64,000 nucleotides of DNA from an uncultured Trueperaceae bacterium (GCA_963799485.1 CAWCXJ010000006.1:576001-640000), one strand, 5' to 3'; positions 8,911-19,150 are shown, counted from the stretch's first letter. The notes: generated from the sequence alone by a model not told the origin. Numbers and translations: made by a program.

Positions 8911-9130
8911 AGTTCTCCTAAAACCTGTAATTCTCCTAAAACCCGTGCTCGCAACACGCCTCGCCGCAAGCAAGACGTGTGCTGCGTCTTAAAACAACAC
9001 GGCGTCCCTAAGTCCGGTGAGTATAGCAAGCGGCTTAGACGGTTTGAGGGCGCTGCCTTACGGCGCCCGGCTTTTGATACCCGTCAACGTTTGGCTGTCG
9101 TATCCGGACTCGGAGGTATACTGAGGGTCT

Positions 9131-9652
9131 GTGTCTCACCGGGTCGCCAACGCTGTTATCCGCGCTGCAACACCTGCCGACGCGCCGGCGCTCGCCGCGC
9201 TTCACCGCAGCATTTACGACGAGGGTCGCTGGTTTGTCGGGGACGGCCCGCCTACCGCTGAGACGTTGCGCGGACGGCTCAGAGCGCTCGAGCCCGCGCG
9301 TTCGCTCTATTTAGTTGCAGTCTCGGAGGGTGTCTGGGCCAAAGCGCAAGTAAGCGGGTGGCTCGAGCTTCACCGCCTCACGCCCAAAAAGCTGGCGCAC
9401 GTCGCGGTTTTAACGCTCGCAGTGGGTAAACCGTTTCGGCGGCGGGGTTTGGCGGAGGCGCTCCTGACACATGCTTACCCGTGGGCGCGGGAGGTCGGGG
9501 TTCACAAGCTGCAGCTGAGCGTGCGGGCCAAAAACCTTGCGGCGCTCGCACTGTATGAACGTGAAGGGTTCGGGCTCGAGGGCCGCGAACGCGACCAGGT
9601 ATTTGACGCTGACGGCTTTGAAGACAACCTCGTGATGGCGAAGTTTTTGTGA
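9131..9652 (+). CDS. GNAT-family acetyltransferase
   Basis: FRRRGLAEALL acetyl-CoA motif and N..ALALYEREGF. Confidence 0.9.
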   Translation: MSHRVANAVIRAATPADAPALAALHRSIYDEGRWFVGDGPPTAETLRGRLRALEPARSLYLVAVSEGVWAKAQVSGWLELHRLTPKKLAHVAVLTLAVGKPFRRRGLAEALLTHAYPWAREVGVHKLQLSVRAKNLAALALYEREGFGLEGRERDQVFDADGFEDNLVMAKFL

Positions 9653-9674
9653 CGCGCCCTTTATACTGTCCTTA

Positions 9675-10244
9675 ATGGATAGCCGCAGTGCAAATACCGG
9701 TGCAAGCCCTAGCACACCCCGCTCAGATTCACGTATCGGGGAATGGCGTGAACAGCGCGTCGCCTTATTCGTCGATACCCAAAACCTCTACTACGCCGCC
9801 CGCGACGTCTACAGCCGCCACGTCGATTACGAAACGCTCCTGTCACTGAGCATCCGGGGCCGCCGTCTGGCGCAGGCGAGCGCCTACGTCGTCGAACGCG
9901 AGGGTGAGGCGACCGCTTACGGCTTCGTCACCAAACTTTCGTCGCTCGGCTACCGGGTGCGCCGCCGTAAAGTGCGGGTTCACCGCGCCGACAGCGGCGG
10001 GCGGCCCGTGTTGGAGGGCGACTGGGATATGGGCGTCGCCGCCGACATCGTGCGGGCGTGGGATTTTGTCGATGTGATTGTCCTGGCAAGTGGTGACGGC
10101 GACTTTGTGCCGCTTTTAGAGCTGGCGCAGCAGCGGGGTAAACGTGTCGAGGTGCTGGCGTTTCGGGAAGCCTCCTCCCAACTCCTTCTGGACCTCGCCG
10201 ACGCCTTTCAAAACCTCGCCGACGCTCCGGATATTTTTGTCTGA
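9675..10244 (+). CDS. NYN (LabA/DUF88) domain protein
   Basis: FVDTQNLY, GDWDMG and LASGDGDFVPL motifs. Confidence 0.92.
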   Translation: MDSRSANTGASPSTPRSDSRIGEWREQRVALFVDTQNLYYAARDVYSRHVDYETLLSLSIRGRRLAQASAYVVEREGEATAYGFVTKLSSLGYRVRRRKVRVHRADSGGRPVLEGDWDMGVAADIVRAWDFVDVIVLASGDGDFVPLLELAQQRGKRVEVLAFREASSQLLLDLADAFQNLADAPDIFV

Positions 10245-10572
10245 GCGCCGTAAAACGCCGTAAAAGTGTGGCCTACCGTAAAAAGCGCTGCGCCGTCGTC
10301 CTTCTGAAAACGGCTTTCTCGTCGCTACAGCTTGTGTCCCTATCTGTATGCTGGCTGATGCTCGAGGTCTACAGCACTTAAGCAGTTAGCGGCTACGTTC
10401 ATCGTTGTAGCATGCGCGTGCTAGACAACTTGACAACTTGGGTGGACGTGGTTGCGTCAGTTCCCGGATGATACCTGCTAACGGTGTTTTACGGCGTCAA
10501 ATTGGGTTGACCGTCGCTGAGGGCGGCAGCAAACTCTTTTACGGTAGAGCGTGATTCTTTTTCAAACGCCTT

Positions 10573-12057
10573 TTGCCCTTTTACGGTATCACGGTGGCTG
10601 TGAACGTGGCTGCTGACCTGACCGCCGCTTTAACCGAAGTCGCCGCCCGCTACGAAGCGGCGCTGCCCGCCGGTACGCTGCTGAGTTTTCCCGTTACCGA
10701 GCTCGACCAAACAGGCGTGCCGTCGTGGAGTGTGACGCTGATTCCGGGTAGCCCCAGCGGTGGGCACGGTTACGGTTGGAATGACGCACAGGCCAGAGTA
10801 AGTGCGCTGGGCGAGCTGCACGAACGGCTGCAAAGTCAGCTCGTCGTCCCGACGCTGCCGACCGAACGCGCGGCTTGCGGGGAGCTTGTCAACGTTTACG
10901 GCGAAAAGGCTGTGATCGACCCGTTGACGCTTTCGCTCCCGGCAGGCAGCTCCTACACGCCGGATATGTCCCGGTTGTGGGTCAAGATGACGCGGTTTGC
11001 TGCGGGTGAAGCGGTCTGGGTGCCGTTAGAGGCGGCGGCCTCGAGCCCCACCGAACTTCCCGGCGGCTACGACCCGCTCTACTTAAGCGTATCGAACGGC
11101 CTCGGCGCGGGTTTCAGCACGAAACAAGCGCTGACGCACGCGGTTTTTGAGCTTTTGCAGCGCGACGGCAACAGCGTCAACTACCGGGCGCTCGACCAGG
11201 GCGTCGGCGTAGACCTTACAGGCGCTGCGTTGCCGGAGCGGGTGACGGCGTTGCTGAGGCACTTCGCTGAGCTGGGCGTCAACGTGCAGGTCAAGCTGGC
11301 GAGTACGGACTTCGGTTTGAATAACCTTTACGTCGTCGGGGCGAATGAGGCGGGGGAGACGCCGGGAATTATGGCTGCTGCTGCGGGTGAGGCGTGCCAT
11401 CCGGACAAATACGTGGCGCTTGAAAAAGCCCTCTTGGAGTTCGCCGCCGCCCGTACCCGGCTGGCGTTCAATCACGGCCCGCCGGAGCGCGTGCAGGAGA
11501 TGACGCCGCCGGGGTACTTGGAGACGTACCAAGAGGCGTTCGGTGGTTTGGGCGAAGAAACGCGGGCGCTGTCGGCGATGCGGGAGTGGCTGGAACTGGA
11601 CGCTAAAACCCTCCGCGACAAGTTGACGAGCGTTTACGAGGTTCGCAGCCGGGTTTCGTGGGACGCGCTGCCCCACGCGCAACCCGTAAATCCCTTGACC
11701 GACGCCGTAAACCGTCTAGGCGGGTTTGACCTGCTCTACCTCGAGCTGGCAAGCCCGCAAGCGCACGAACACGGCGTTACGGCAGTTAAAGCAGTGGTAC
11801 CGGGGCTCGAGGTCGAAACGCTCAGCTACGCACGCCTGAGCGCCCGCAACCTGACCCGGTTGCTGGCACGAGACAGCCCCCTCGTCGGTCTGGGTGCGCC
11901 GCCTGCCGGGGCCGCCCCCGTCCGCCTGAGCGCCGGCGCTGAAGCCTCGTTCGGAAGTCCGGCTTGGCTTGATTTTACGGCGCTGGAACGGCTTGCCGGG
12001 CCGCTCTACCCGCTCTACCGCGAACCGAGCCGTCATGCGGTTCACTGGGCAGTTTGA
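10573..12057 (+). CDS. YcaO-family protein (start may be GTG 10594-10606)
   Basis: ATP-binding motifs GHGYG..ARVSALGELHER and SNGLGAG...AVFELLQRD; KALLEFAAAR. Confidence 0.9.
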   Translation: MPFYGITVAVNVAADLTAALTEVAARYEAALPAGTLLSFPVTELDQTGVPSWSVTLIPGSPSGGHGYGWNDAQARVSALGELHERLQSQLVVPTLPTERAACGELVNVYGEKAVIDPLTLSLPAGSSYTPDMSRLWVKMTRFAAGEAVWVPLEAAASSPTELPGGYDPLYLSVSNGLGAGFSTKQALTHAVFELLQRDGNSVNYRALDQGVGVDLTGAALPERVTALLRHFAELGVNVQVKLASTDFGLNNLYVVGANEAGETPGIMAAAAGEACHPDKYVALEKALLEFAAARTRLAFNHGPPERVQEMTPPGYLETYQEAFGGLGEETRALSAMREWLELDAKTLRDKLTSVYEVRSRVSWDALPHAQPVNPLTDAVNRLGGFDLLYLELASPQAHEHGVTAVKAVVPGLEVETLSYARLSARNLTRLLARDSPLVGLGAPPAGAAPVRLSAGAEASFGSPAWLDFTALERLAGPLYPLYREPSRHAVHWAV

Positions 12058-13091
12058 TGTTCGACAAGCTGATGTTTGGGCGTTATGAAGATTTTGAAAC
12101 GCTGCTTAAGGTGTGTGCCCGCCGCGACCTGCGCTTTGAAGGCGTGCCGATGTATCTGGGGTTGGAGGCGCTGGAAAACTCGGTGAGTTTTACGCCAGAC
12201 GCTGCCGGAACCAGACTCGCCGACGCTGCCGAAGCACTTTTTGCGGCGTTTTTGGCCCGTAATCCTGAACCGACGGTGCTCGAGCTGCGGCGCTTCGTCG
12301 AAACCCTCGCGCAGGGTTTGTTTAGTCCGACACTGGAGCCTGCCCCGGCTCCGCTGGCTTTACCGCCACCGCCCTGCGAAGAAGACCCGCCCCTTACGCT
12401 TCCTAAACCGTTCGAAGCGTCGTTTGCCGAACTCGTCACCCATTTTCGGCGCGGCAGCTACCTCCGCGTCGTCAACTTTCACAACACGCCGCGCGCGAAC
12501 GCCGCCTACTACGAGCGGCTGTTAAGCTGGTACGCCGAGCATTTTTCTTCGGCAACCGAGGCCGACCTGACCCGGGTTTTTGCAACCGGACGCTGGCACA
12601 AAGAAAAACCGCCCCTGCTCCTCTGCTTTTTCGAAGGGACGCGCAACCACTTCGACGTTATCTTGCCGCTGCTGGAGCGCTACGGGCTTACCGGCTGGTT
12701 TTTTATCATCCCGCACTTTTTAGCGGTACCACCCGCCGCGCAGGTCGCCTACGCGGACGCGCACTACATCGGCACCGTTCCCGGTGAGTACGAGGGCGAA
12801 CGCCTTACGCTTTCGTGGGATGAAGTGCGTCATCTGGGCCGAAATCACGTTATCGTCAGCCATACCCTGACGCACACCGAACTGACTCCCGACTCGCCTG
12901 ACGCGCTGATGGTGCGTGAAATCGGCGTGTCCAAACGCGTGTTGGAAACGCAGCTGGGCCGAGAAGTCGAGAGTTTTGCCTGGCTGCTCGGCGCTGAACA
13001 CGGCCTCAACCCCAGAGCCGACGCCTGTTTGCTGAGCGCGGGCTACAGTTATCTATTTAGCACCTTCAAGCTGCAAAAGCTGCGCGGCTAG
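12054..13091 (+). CDS. Polysaccharide-deacetylase (CE4/NodB)-like protein with an unknown N-terminal domain
   Basis: VVNFH, LLERYGLTGWFFI, LSWDEVR, SHTLTH and FAW motifs. Overlaps the ycaO stop. Motif 1 reads CFFEG instead of TFDDG. Confidence 0.8.
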   Translation: MMFDKLMFGRYEDFETLLKVCARRDLRFEGVPMYLGLEALENSVSFTPDAAGTRLADAAEALFAAFLARNPEPTVLELRRFVETLAQGLFSPTLEPAPAPLALPPPPCEEDPPLTLPKPFEASFAELVTHFRRGSYLRVVNFHNTPRANAAYYERLLSWYAEHFSSATEADLTRVFATGRWHKEKPPLLLCFFEGTRNHFDVILPLLERYGLTGWFFIIPHFLAVPPAAQVAYADAHYIGTVPGEYEGERLTLSWDEVRHLGRNHVIVSHTLTHTELTPDSPDALMVREIGVSKRVLETQLGREVESFAWLLGAEHGLNPRADACLLSAGYSYLFSTFKLQKLRG

Positions 13092-13165
13092 TGTTCTCTG
13101 GGCTGCCTGAGCGGAGATGTGTATTCCCAAACGTTTTTCAGACGTAGGCGCGGTAAGCTGGCACC

Positions 13166-13495
13166 GTGCCTGAAGCCGCCAGTACTTTTCCGGTCACGCC
13201 CAAACGTGTGAGCTTTTGCGGGCGTCCGGGGCGGCTCGAGCCCGTCGGCGAGAATCTGGTCGAGAGCTGCTGGGTCTGGTGGACAGACGGCGGGCTTTTA
13301 CGCGACCCTGAGCGGCCTGCCTCCGGTTCACTCCTGGACCTCGCCTGCGACGTGGCTGAACTTTATCATCGGCGGTGCGCGCTCGAGCTGAGCGAGGTTC
13401 CCGGTGCTGCCTTGGAGGTGATGTGGCTCGAGCTGACCGCCGACAATTCCCTGCTGGTCTTCTTAAAGTCGGTTTCGCACCCCAGCTGCGCCTGA
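13166..13495 (+). CDS. Hypothetical protein
   Basis: TAAGCT -10 6 nt before GTG; host-like composition. Confidence 0.5.
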   Translation: MPEAASTFPVTPKRVSFCGRPGRLEPVGENLVESCWVWWTDGGLLRDPERPASGSLLDLACDVAELYHRRCALELSEVPGAALEVMWLELTADNSLLVFLKSVSHPSCA

Positions 13496-13839
13496 ACACA
13501 CGCCTGAACCCACGTCTAAACACGGGCAAAGGCCGAACGCAAAGCAGACATGATGTGCGCTATGTTTGATCGTTCTGGACAGGTAGATACTATTCAGAGC
13601 CAAAGTGGTACCAGGGAAGGCACGAGCAAAGCGAAAGAGACAGCAGAAGTTATGGGCAAATCAAGTTCATCCAAGTGCAAGCACGCCCTTTTCAGACGAC
13701 CGCTCTGGAAAGCCTAATACTTGACCCGTGGATTTATCAATCGGTATTACGCCCTTTTCCCATCTTTTACCCCACGTAACCGCGACGAGTTTCGTCACGC
13801 CCCACAAAACACATTCTGCTCGCGCGTTATAGTTTCCCT

Positions 13840-15015
13840 ATGACAAACAACGCGGTATTTGTAACGGCCCTCCGCACGCCTGTCGGACGGGCGCACAAGG
13901 GGATGCTAAAAGACACCCGCCCTGACGACCTCGGCGGCTTTATCCTTAAAGAAGCGCTGGCACGCACGGCCGGGCTAGGCGCGGCGCACATCGACGACGT
14001 GCTGCTGGGCAACGCGCACCCTGAAGGCGAAGCGGGCTACAACCTGGCGCGGATTGCCCTACAAATCGCCGGGTTTCCGGACACGGTAGCGGGCGCGACC
14101 ATCAACCGCTTTTGCGCGTCGGGCCTACAGACGATGGTGCAGGGCTCGCAGGCGGTCGCGGCGGGGATGTGCGAGGTCGTCTTTGCGGGCGGCGTGGACT
14201 GTACCTCACGTGTGCCGATGGGTGGGCACACGATGTCCATTAACAAGGCGCTCTATAAACGCTTGCCGGGGGCATACCACACGATGGGACAGACGGCTGA
14301 AGCGGTCGCCCGGAAGTTCGGCGTCAGCCGTGAAGCGCAGGACACGTTTGCGCTCCGGTCACACCAGAAGGCGGTGGCGGCGCAGAAAGCCGGACGTTTC
14401 GACGCGCAGGTCGTGCCGGTGCCGGTTCGGGTCAAAGACGAGGCGGGGGAGTGGCATGAAGTCACCGTAAAACGTGACGAAGGCCCCCGCGCCGACACGA
14501 CGCTAGAGCGGTTGGCGGGGCTTAAAACGGTGTTTGCCGACGATGACGCGGCGACGGTAACGGCAGGAAACTCGAGCCCCTTAAACGACGGCGCGGCGAT
14601 GACCGTCGTGATGACCGAAGAAAGGGCGCAGGCTCTCGGCCTCAAACCGTTGGCGACGCTCGTGCAGGCGGCGGTCGTCGGCGTCGATCCGGAAATCATG
14701 GGCGTCGGCCCGGTTCCGGCAATTCGCAAGCTCTTGGCTAAGGTCGGCCTGCAGGTTTCGGATATCGACCTCTTCGAAATCAACGAGGCGTTCGCCAGTC
14801 AGTGTTTTTACAGCCAGCAGGAACTCGAGATTCCCGACGACAAGCTCAACGTCAACGGTGGCGCTATCGCCATCGGACACCCGCTCGGCGCAACCGGCGC
14901 ACGTATCGCTGCCGATTTGTTCGCGGAAATGGCCCGCCGGGACGCCCACTACGGCGTTATCTCGATGTGCGTCGGGGGTGGTCAGGGGATGGCGGCCCTC
15001 TTTAGACGAGATTAG
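13840..15015 (+). CDS. Thiolase (acetyl-CoA C-acyltransferase)
   Basis: NRFCASGL, NEAFA, GGAIAIGHPLGATG and MCVGGGQG motifs. Confidence 0.96.
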   Translation: MTNNAVFVTALRTPVGRAHKGMLKDTRPDDLGGFILKEALARTAGLGAAHIDDVLLGNAHPEGEAGYNLARIALQIAGFPDTVAGATINRFCASGLQTMVQGSQAVAAGMCEVVFAGGVDCTSRVPMGGHTMSINKALYKRLPGAYHTMGQTAEAVARKFGVSREAQDTFALRSHQKAVAAQKAGRFDAQVVPVPVRVKDEAGEWHEVTVKRDEGPRADTTLERLAGLKTVFADDDAATVTAGNSSPLNDGAAMTVVMTEERAQALGLKPLATLVQAAVVGVDPEIMGVGPVPAIRKLLAKVGLQVSDIDLFEINEAFASQCFYSQQELEIPDDKLNVNGGAIAIGHPLGATGARIAADLFAEMARRDAHYGVISMCVGGGQGMAALFRRD

Positions 15016-15168
15016 TAGCAGGTAGTGTCCGGTCGGCAACTCTCTATTTGAGGTTTACCAACCGGCACGCACCTGAGATAACAGCGGTGTCGACCGCGCA
15101 GGAAAACGCTAAAGATGTCTTCAACCGCCGTAAGAGAGTTGTAAGACCCGCCGCGCTACCTTGGGAGT

Positions 15169-15534
15169 GTGGCAACTATCCTTATCGTCGACGACCATCC
15201 CACCATGCGCTTTTTGCTTAGGAGCATCCTAACGAGTGAAGGGCACCACGTCCTCGAGGCTCCCGACGGTCGGGCCGCCTTAGCCAGCCTTGCTACGTCT
15301 CCCGAAGTCGCACTCCTCGTTACCGACGTCGATATGCCGGTGATGGACGGGCTCGAGCTGCTCCGCGCCTTAAGCTTCCGCGAAGACCTGCCCAAACTCG
15401 TAATCAGCGGTGCCACCGTTGCGCCTCCCTTGGCGGACCTGGGCGTCAGCGGCTTTTTTAGCAAACCCTTAAATCTAGCTCAGTTCAAACATACCGTCGC
15501 GCGGCTGTTAAGCCTTGCGGCGGCGTTGACGTAA
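15169..15534 (+). CDS. Single-domain response regulator
   Basis: ILIVDD, TDVDMPVMDG and SKP motifs. Confidence 0.9.
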   Translation: MATILIVDDHPTMRFLLRSILTSEGHHVLEAPDGRAALASLATSPEVALLVTDVDMPVMDGLELLRALSFREDLPKLVISGATVAPPLADLGVSGFFSKPLNLAQFKHTVARLLSLAAALT

Positions 15535-15619
15535 ACGGCTTCTCTTCGCCCCTCTACACGTTTTTCAGCTTGTGTCTGAAAGGAGCTTTACGCTCTGTAC
15601 GGGCAAGTATGCTGGAGAG

Positions 15620-16453
15620 ATGGAGCGTATGTCCCGCCGCGCCTTTTTAGGTTATCTCCTGACCGGGGGAGCCGCCCTTTTTGCAGGACGTATTGCAGGC
15701 AACGTCTACCACGCCGAGGTGACGCGTCACCGCCTGAGCTTACCCAAGCTTAAAGAGGCTGTTCGGGTGGTGCAGCTGAGTGACCTTCACTACGGCCCCT
15801 ATCTGCACGAGGGCTCGGTGGCGGCGTGGGTCGCACAGGCGCAGGCACAAAAAGGCGACCTGATCGTGTTGACCGGCGATACCGTCGACCGCTGGCTGGA
15901 ACGGCCTTTGGAACCTTTGACGGCGGCGCTTTCAGGGCTCAGTGCGCCGCTCGGGGTGTGGGCGTGTTTGGGTAACCACGACCGCAACCGTTTTAAGTAC
16001 GGCGTAGGGAGGCTCGAGGACGCCCTCGCCGAAGCCGGAATTACCTTGCTCGTCAACCGGGGAACGCCGCTCAGAGACGATTTGTACCTGGCTGCTGTTG
16101 ACGATTACAGCACCGGAAACCGGACCTTACAGCAGCGCTCGGTAAGGCTCCGGGAGCACGCGGCGACGCTGTTACTCTGCCACCAACCCGATTACTTTCC
16201 GCAGATGACCCTGCACGTCGACCTGACGTTAGCCGGACATACGCACGGCGGACAGGTGCGGTTGCCTTTTATCGGAGCGCCCGTTACCTCGTCGTCTTAC
16301 GGCGAGCGTTACCTGCAGGGCTGGGTAGCTCCGCCCGACCGACGTTTCGGTAAAGGCTACGTCGTCCGGGGGCTGGGCGTCAGTCTTTTACCCGTGCGCC
16401 TGAACTGTCCGGCAGAACTGGCGGTTTTTGATATCGCGCCCGAAACGCTTTAG
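15620..16453 (+). CDS. Metallophosphoesterase (YkuE-like) with a Tat-like N-terminus
   Basis: SDLH, LTGD, LGNHD and GHTHGGQ motifs; SRRAFL near the start. Confidence 0.9.
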   Translation: MERMSRRAFLGYLLTGGAALFAGRIAGNVYHAEVTRHRLSLPKLKEAVRVVQLSDLHYGPYLHEGSVAAWVAQAQAQKGDLIVLTGDTVDRWLERPLEPLTAALSGLSAPLGVWACLGNHDRNRFKYGVGRLEDALAEAGITLLVNRGTPLRDDLYLAAVDDYSTGNRTLQQRSVRLREHAATLLLCHQPDYFPQMTLHVDLTLAGHTHGGQVRLPFIGAPVTSSSYGERYLQGWVAPPDRRFGKGYVVRGLGVSLLPVRLNCPAELAVFDIAPETL

Positions 16454-16515
16454 CTGGGCGGTCATAAGGGGCTACTCGAGTCGCTCGCAGAAAAGTTACT
16501 TTGTCATAGAAGCGC

Positions 16516-16805
16516 CTAGGCGCTATCTAAAAGACTCCTCTCCCCCTTGTCACCCCGATTCAGCACATGCGTATAAATCATGGTAGTTTTTACGTCTTTG
16601 TAACCCAGAAGCTCCTGCACCGTACGGCATTCGCCTCGAACTTCGTACTGCTAATGTCGTATCCGTCTTCTAAAAGGTGAGTTGCGAACGAGTGTCTAAG
16701 CGCATGCACACTGCCATGTTTCGTAAACTCGGCAGCCTTGACAGCCTTTTTATAGCTTTTTGAATGCCGGATTCTAAGATGTGCTGTCGCCAATTAACTC
16801 CCCAG
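16516..16805 (-). pseudogene. Integron-integrase-like tyrosine recombinase C-terminal relic
   Basis: Stitched frames: [69 protein letters not shown]. One frameshift plus a 26-bp insertion. Confidence 0.8.
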
Positions 16806-16915
16806 CCCGATATGTTTTACTTTTCACTGCCACATCCTCCGTAAAATAAGTATTCGTGTTGTTCCATAATCCTGCTCACTTTTTTTAGTCAATCATAAAA
16901 ATCAGGCAGTTATTA

Positions 16916-17798
16916 ACCTCGGGTGCTAGTCGAACAGAAACAGGATGAGGTTGTGAGCCGCGACTTTGCGGCAGACACTGGCACGAATGCTCCAAAAAGA
17001 GTTGAGCTGTTGCAAGGCAATATTGCGACATCTTGCGAGTGAGGAGAAAACAGCCTCGACAGACTTTCTGGCACGAGCGAAGAAGTCACACCAGCAGCCG
17101 GGTTCTTTGGCGTTTTGCTTGGGTGGGGTGTAGATGCCTAAACCCCGATAGCCTTTGTCGCCGATGCTGCTGTTTAGGTCATCGCCAGAAGCGTCCAAGA
17201 GGCACTTGCCCACGGTGACATCACTTTCATTGGCTGGCACGATGGCAAAACGACAGCTAGCACCCTGACCCGTGCAAACGGCGTGAAGTTTAAAGCCGTA
17301 GAAGCGTTTGGTTGCCCCACCGCGTCCAGAGGTAGCTTCGGTCATCCTTCTTGGTCTTGGGTAGCGAACACCCTTGCAGATAGGCAGCGGCTTGGAGTCG
17401 ACCAGCTACACCCCATCATGCTGAGCAATCAGCATAGCTAAGTCCGCATAGATGCGTTCGAAGTTACGGCTCACTCGGTAAAAACGTGTGATATGAGGCA
17501 GGTCGGGGAACAAAGCGCCGTATTCACGCTGCACCAGCAAGTACCACAAGCCTTGATTTTTCTGCTGAAGTATCTCGCCGACCAGAACAATGGTGAGCAA
17601 CTCGGCGTAGCTGGATTTTTGTTGGCGCTTTTTAGGCAACTTGAAGCGTCCTAAGCGTTCTGAGGCTTGTAGATAGTCGTCTATCAGGACATATACGATT
17701 GTGAAAAGGTCTGTTACATTATGCTTTGAGAGAAGATCAACGGCTCGCATGACCTATCTTCTCTCATCTTTTACCCCTTTTCTACTAGCACTCGAGGT
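16916..17798 (-). mobile_element. IS982-family element, transposase broken by an in-frame TAG (17406-17408)
   Basis: Terminal IRs ACCTCG(G/A)GTGCTAGT; LVDSKPLPIC, FYGFKLH, GDKGY and RKSVEAVFS motifs. The two ORFs share one frame. Confidence 0.88.
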
Positions 17799-18166
17799 TA
17801 TTTAAGGCTTGCTAACTCATATATTTTTACAGGTTCTGCCTTGCCTCTAACTCTTACCAAAACAAGGGAGTTAACCTCTACAGCATCTTTTACCTGCTGG
17901 TGAGTAAACTCACCTAATAATGGGGGCCTCATAAGCTTCATTCAGTCCTCTAACAGAGCAGCCAGGTTTGCCCCACCATCGATCACGGTAAACGTTTTAT
18001 TCAAAACGCAAAAAGGAGTTAGGCTATGGAAAACCGCAACATTGGAGATCCCGAACCGCTGAGCTTAAGGCGTTGGCCTTACTACGGGGCAATAAGCAAT
18101 CGTTCTACAAAAATTTCAGGTACGCCGATTGGTGCTGTTATGCAGATCCAACTATACGAAATATGC

Positions 18167-19150
18167 TCACCCGCCGATAGCAACCATCGTCCGCTCACGC
18201 TGCGTCGGCGTCGTGATGCCTGAAGCGACTTTACGGTGCGCCGCGACCAAAAACATCTCCTGAACCGCTTTAATCGGTTCGTCGTGGAGCAAAGCGGGCC
18301 GCAGGTCGAACTCGCGGTCGTTGAGGAGGCACGGGCGCAGCTTGGCGTCCGAGGTCAGCCGCATCCGGCTGCACGCCCCGCAAAACGGTTCTGAAACCGG
18401 GTTGATAAAACCGACCGCGCCCAACCAGCCCGGTATCTTGAAAAGGCGTGCGGGAGCGCTCGGGTCGGTGGGAACTGTTTCCAAAGCGCCGAACGCTTCC
18501 TCGACCTTCGCCCGAATTTCCCGGCCCGGTACAAAGCTCTCTTTGTAACGCTCACTGTCGGCGTTATTTAGATGCATGTACTCGATAAAACGCACATGTA
18601 GTGGCAGCGTCTCGGTCAGAGCGGCGAGCCGGGTGATTTCAGAATCGTTGACGCCGCGCATCACCACGGCGTTGATTTTGACCGGGTGCAACCCCAGCTC
18701 GAGCAGTTCGTAGATGCTCTCCCATACGGGTTTGCTGCTGCCGCCACCCGTTGCTTGCTTAAAAACGGTCTCGTCTACCGCGTCGAGCGAGATATTGACG
18801 CGCCTGAGTCCGGCGTCTAAGAGTTCAGGCAAGCGGCGCTTTAAGAGCGTCGCGTTCGTGGTAATGGCTACGTCTTCGACACCCGCAGTGCGCGCATAGG
18901 CAATCATCTCAGGAAGTTCTTTACGTAAAAGTGGTTCACCGCCGGTAAAGCGTATCGAACTCAGGCCCAAACCTACAGCGGCGTCGATTACATGTCTCAC
19001 ATCTGCAACACTGACCGTTCCGAGCGGGTCTTTGTACCCCATACCGAGTGGGTCGCAGTAGCTGCAGCGAAAGTTGCAGCGCGGCGTCACACTGATTCTG
19101 AGGTCGCGGATAACGCGGCCGTAGCTGTCAATAAGGGAAGAAGCGCTCAC
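18167..19150 (-). CDS. moaA: GTP 3',8-cyclase
   Basis: CNFRCSYC, FCGACSRMRLT..G-like KLRPCL and C-terminal IGG. Confidence 0.97.
   Translation of the reverse strand: MSASSLIDSYGRVIRDLRISVTPRCNFRCSYCDPLGMGYKDPLGTVSVADVRHVIDAAVGLGLSSIRFTGGEPLLRKELPEMIAYARTAGVEDVAITTNATLLKRRLPELLDAGLRRVNISLDAVDETVFKQATGGGSSKPVWESIYELLELGLHPVKINAVVMRGVNDSEITRLAALTETLPLHVRFIEYMHLNNADSERYKESFVPGREIRAKVEEAFGALETVPTDPSAPARLFKIPGWLGAVGFINPVSEPFCGACSRMRLTSDAKLRPCLLNDREFDLRPALLHDEPIKAVQEMFLVAAHRKVASGITTPTQRERTMVAIGG

Noticed and set aside
9675..10244. GNAT plus NYN as a toxin-antitoxin or defence pair
   Set aside because: Each has its own -10 box, both resemble ordinary housekeeping families, and there is no antitoxin-like partner.
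13550..13717. 55-aa Ser/Thr-rich ORF (MMCAMFDRSGQ...) as the YcaO precursor
   Set aside because: No SD or leaderless -10, atypical codons and no leader/core pattern.
18026..18223. 65-aa ORF with a good SD downstream of the IS982
   Set aside because: It overlaps the moaA 3' end and has no recognisable motif; possibly the stub of a lost gene.
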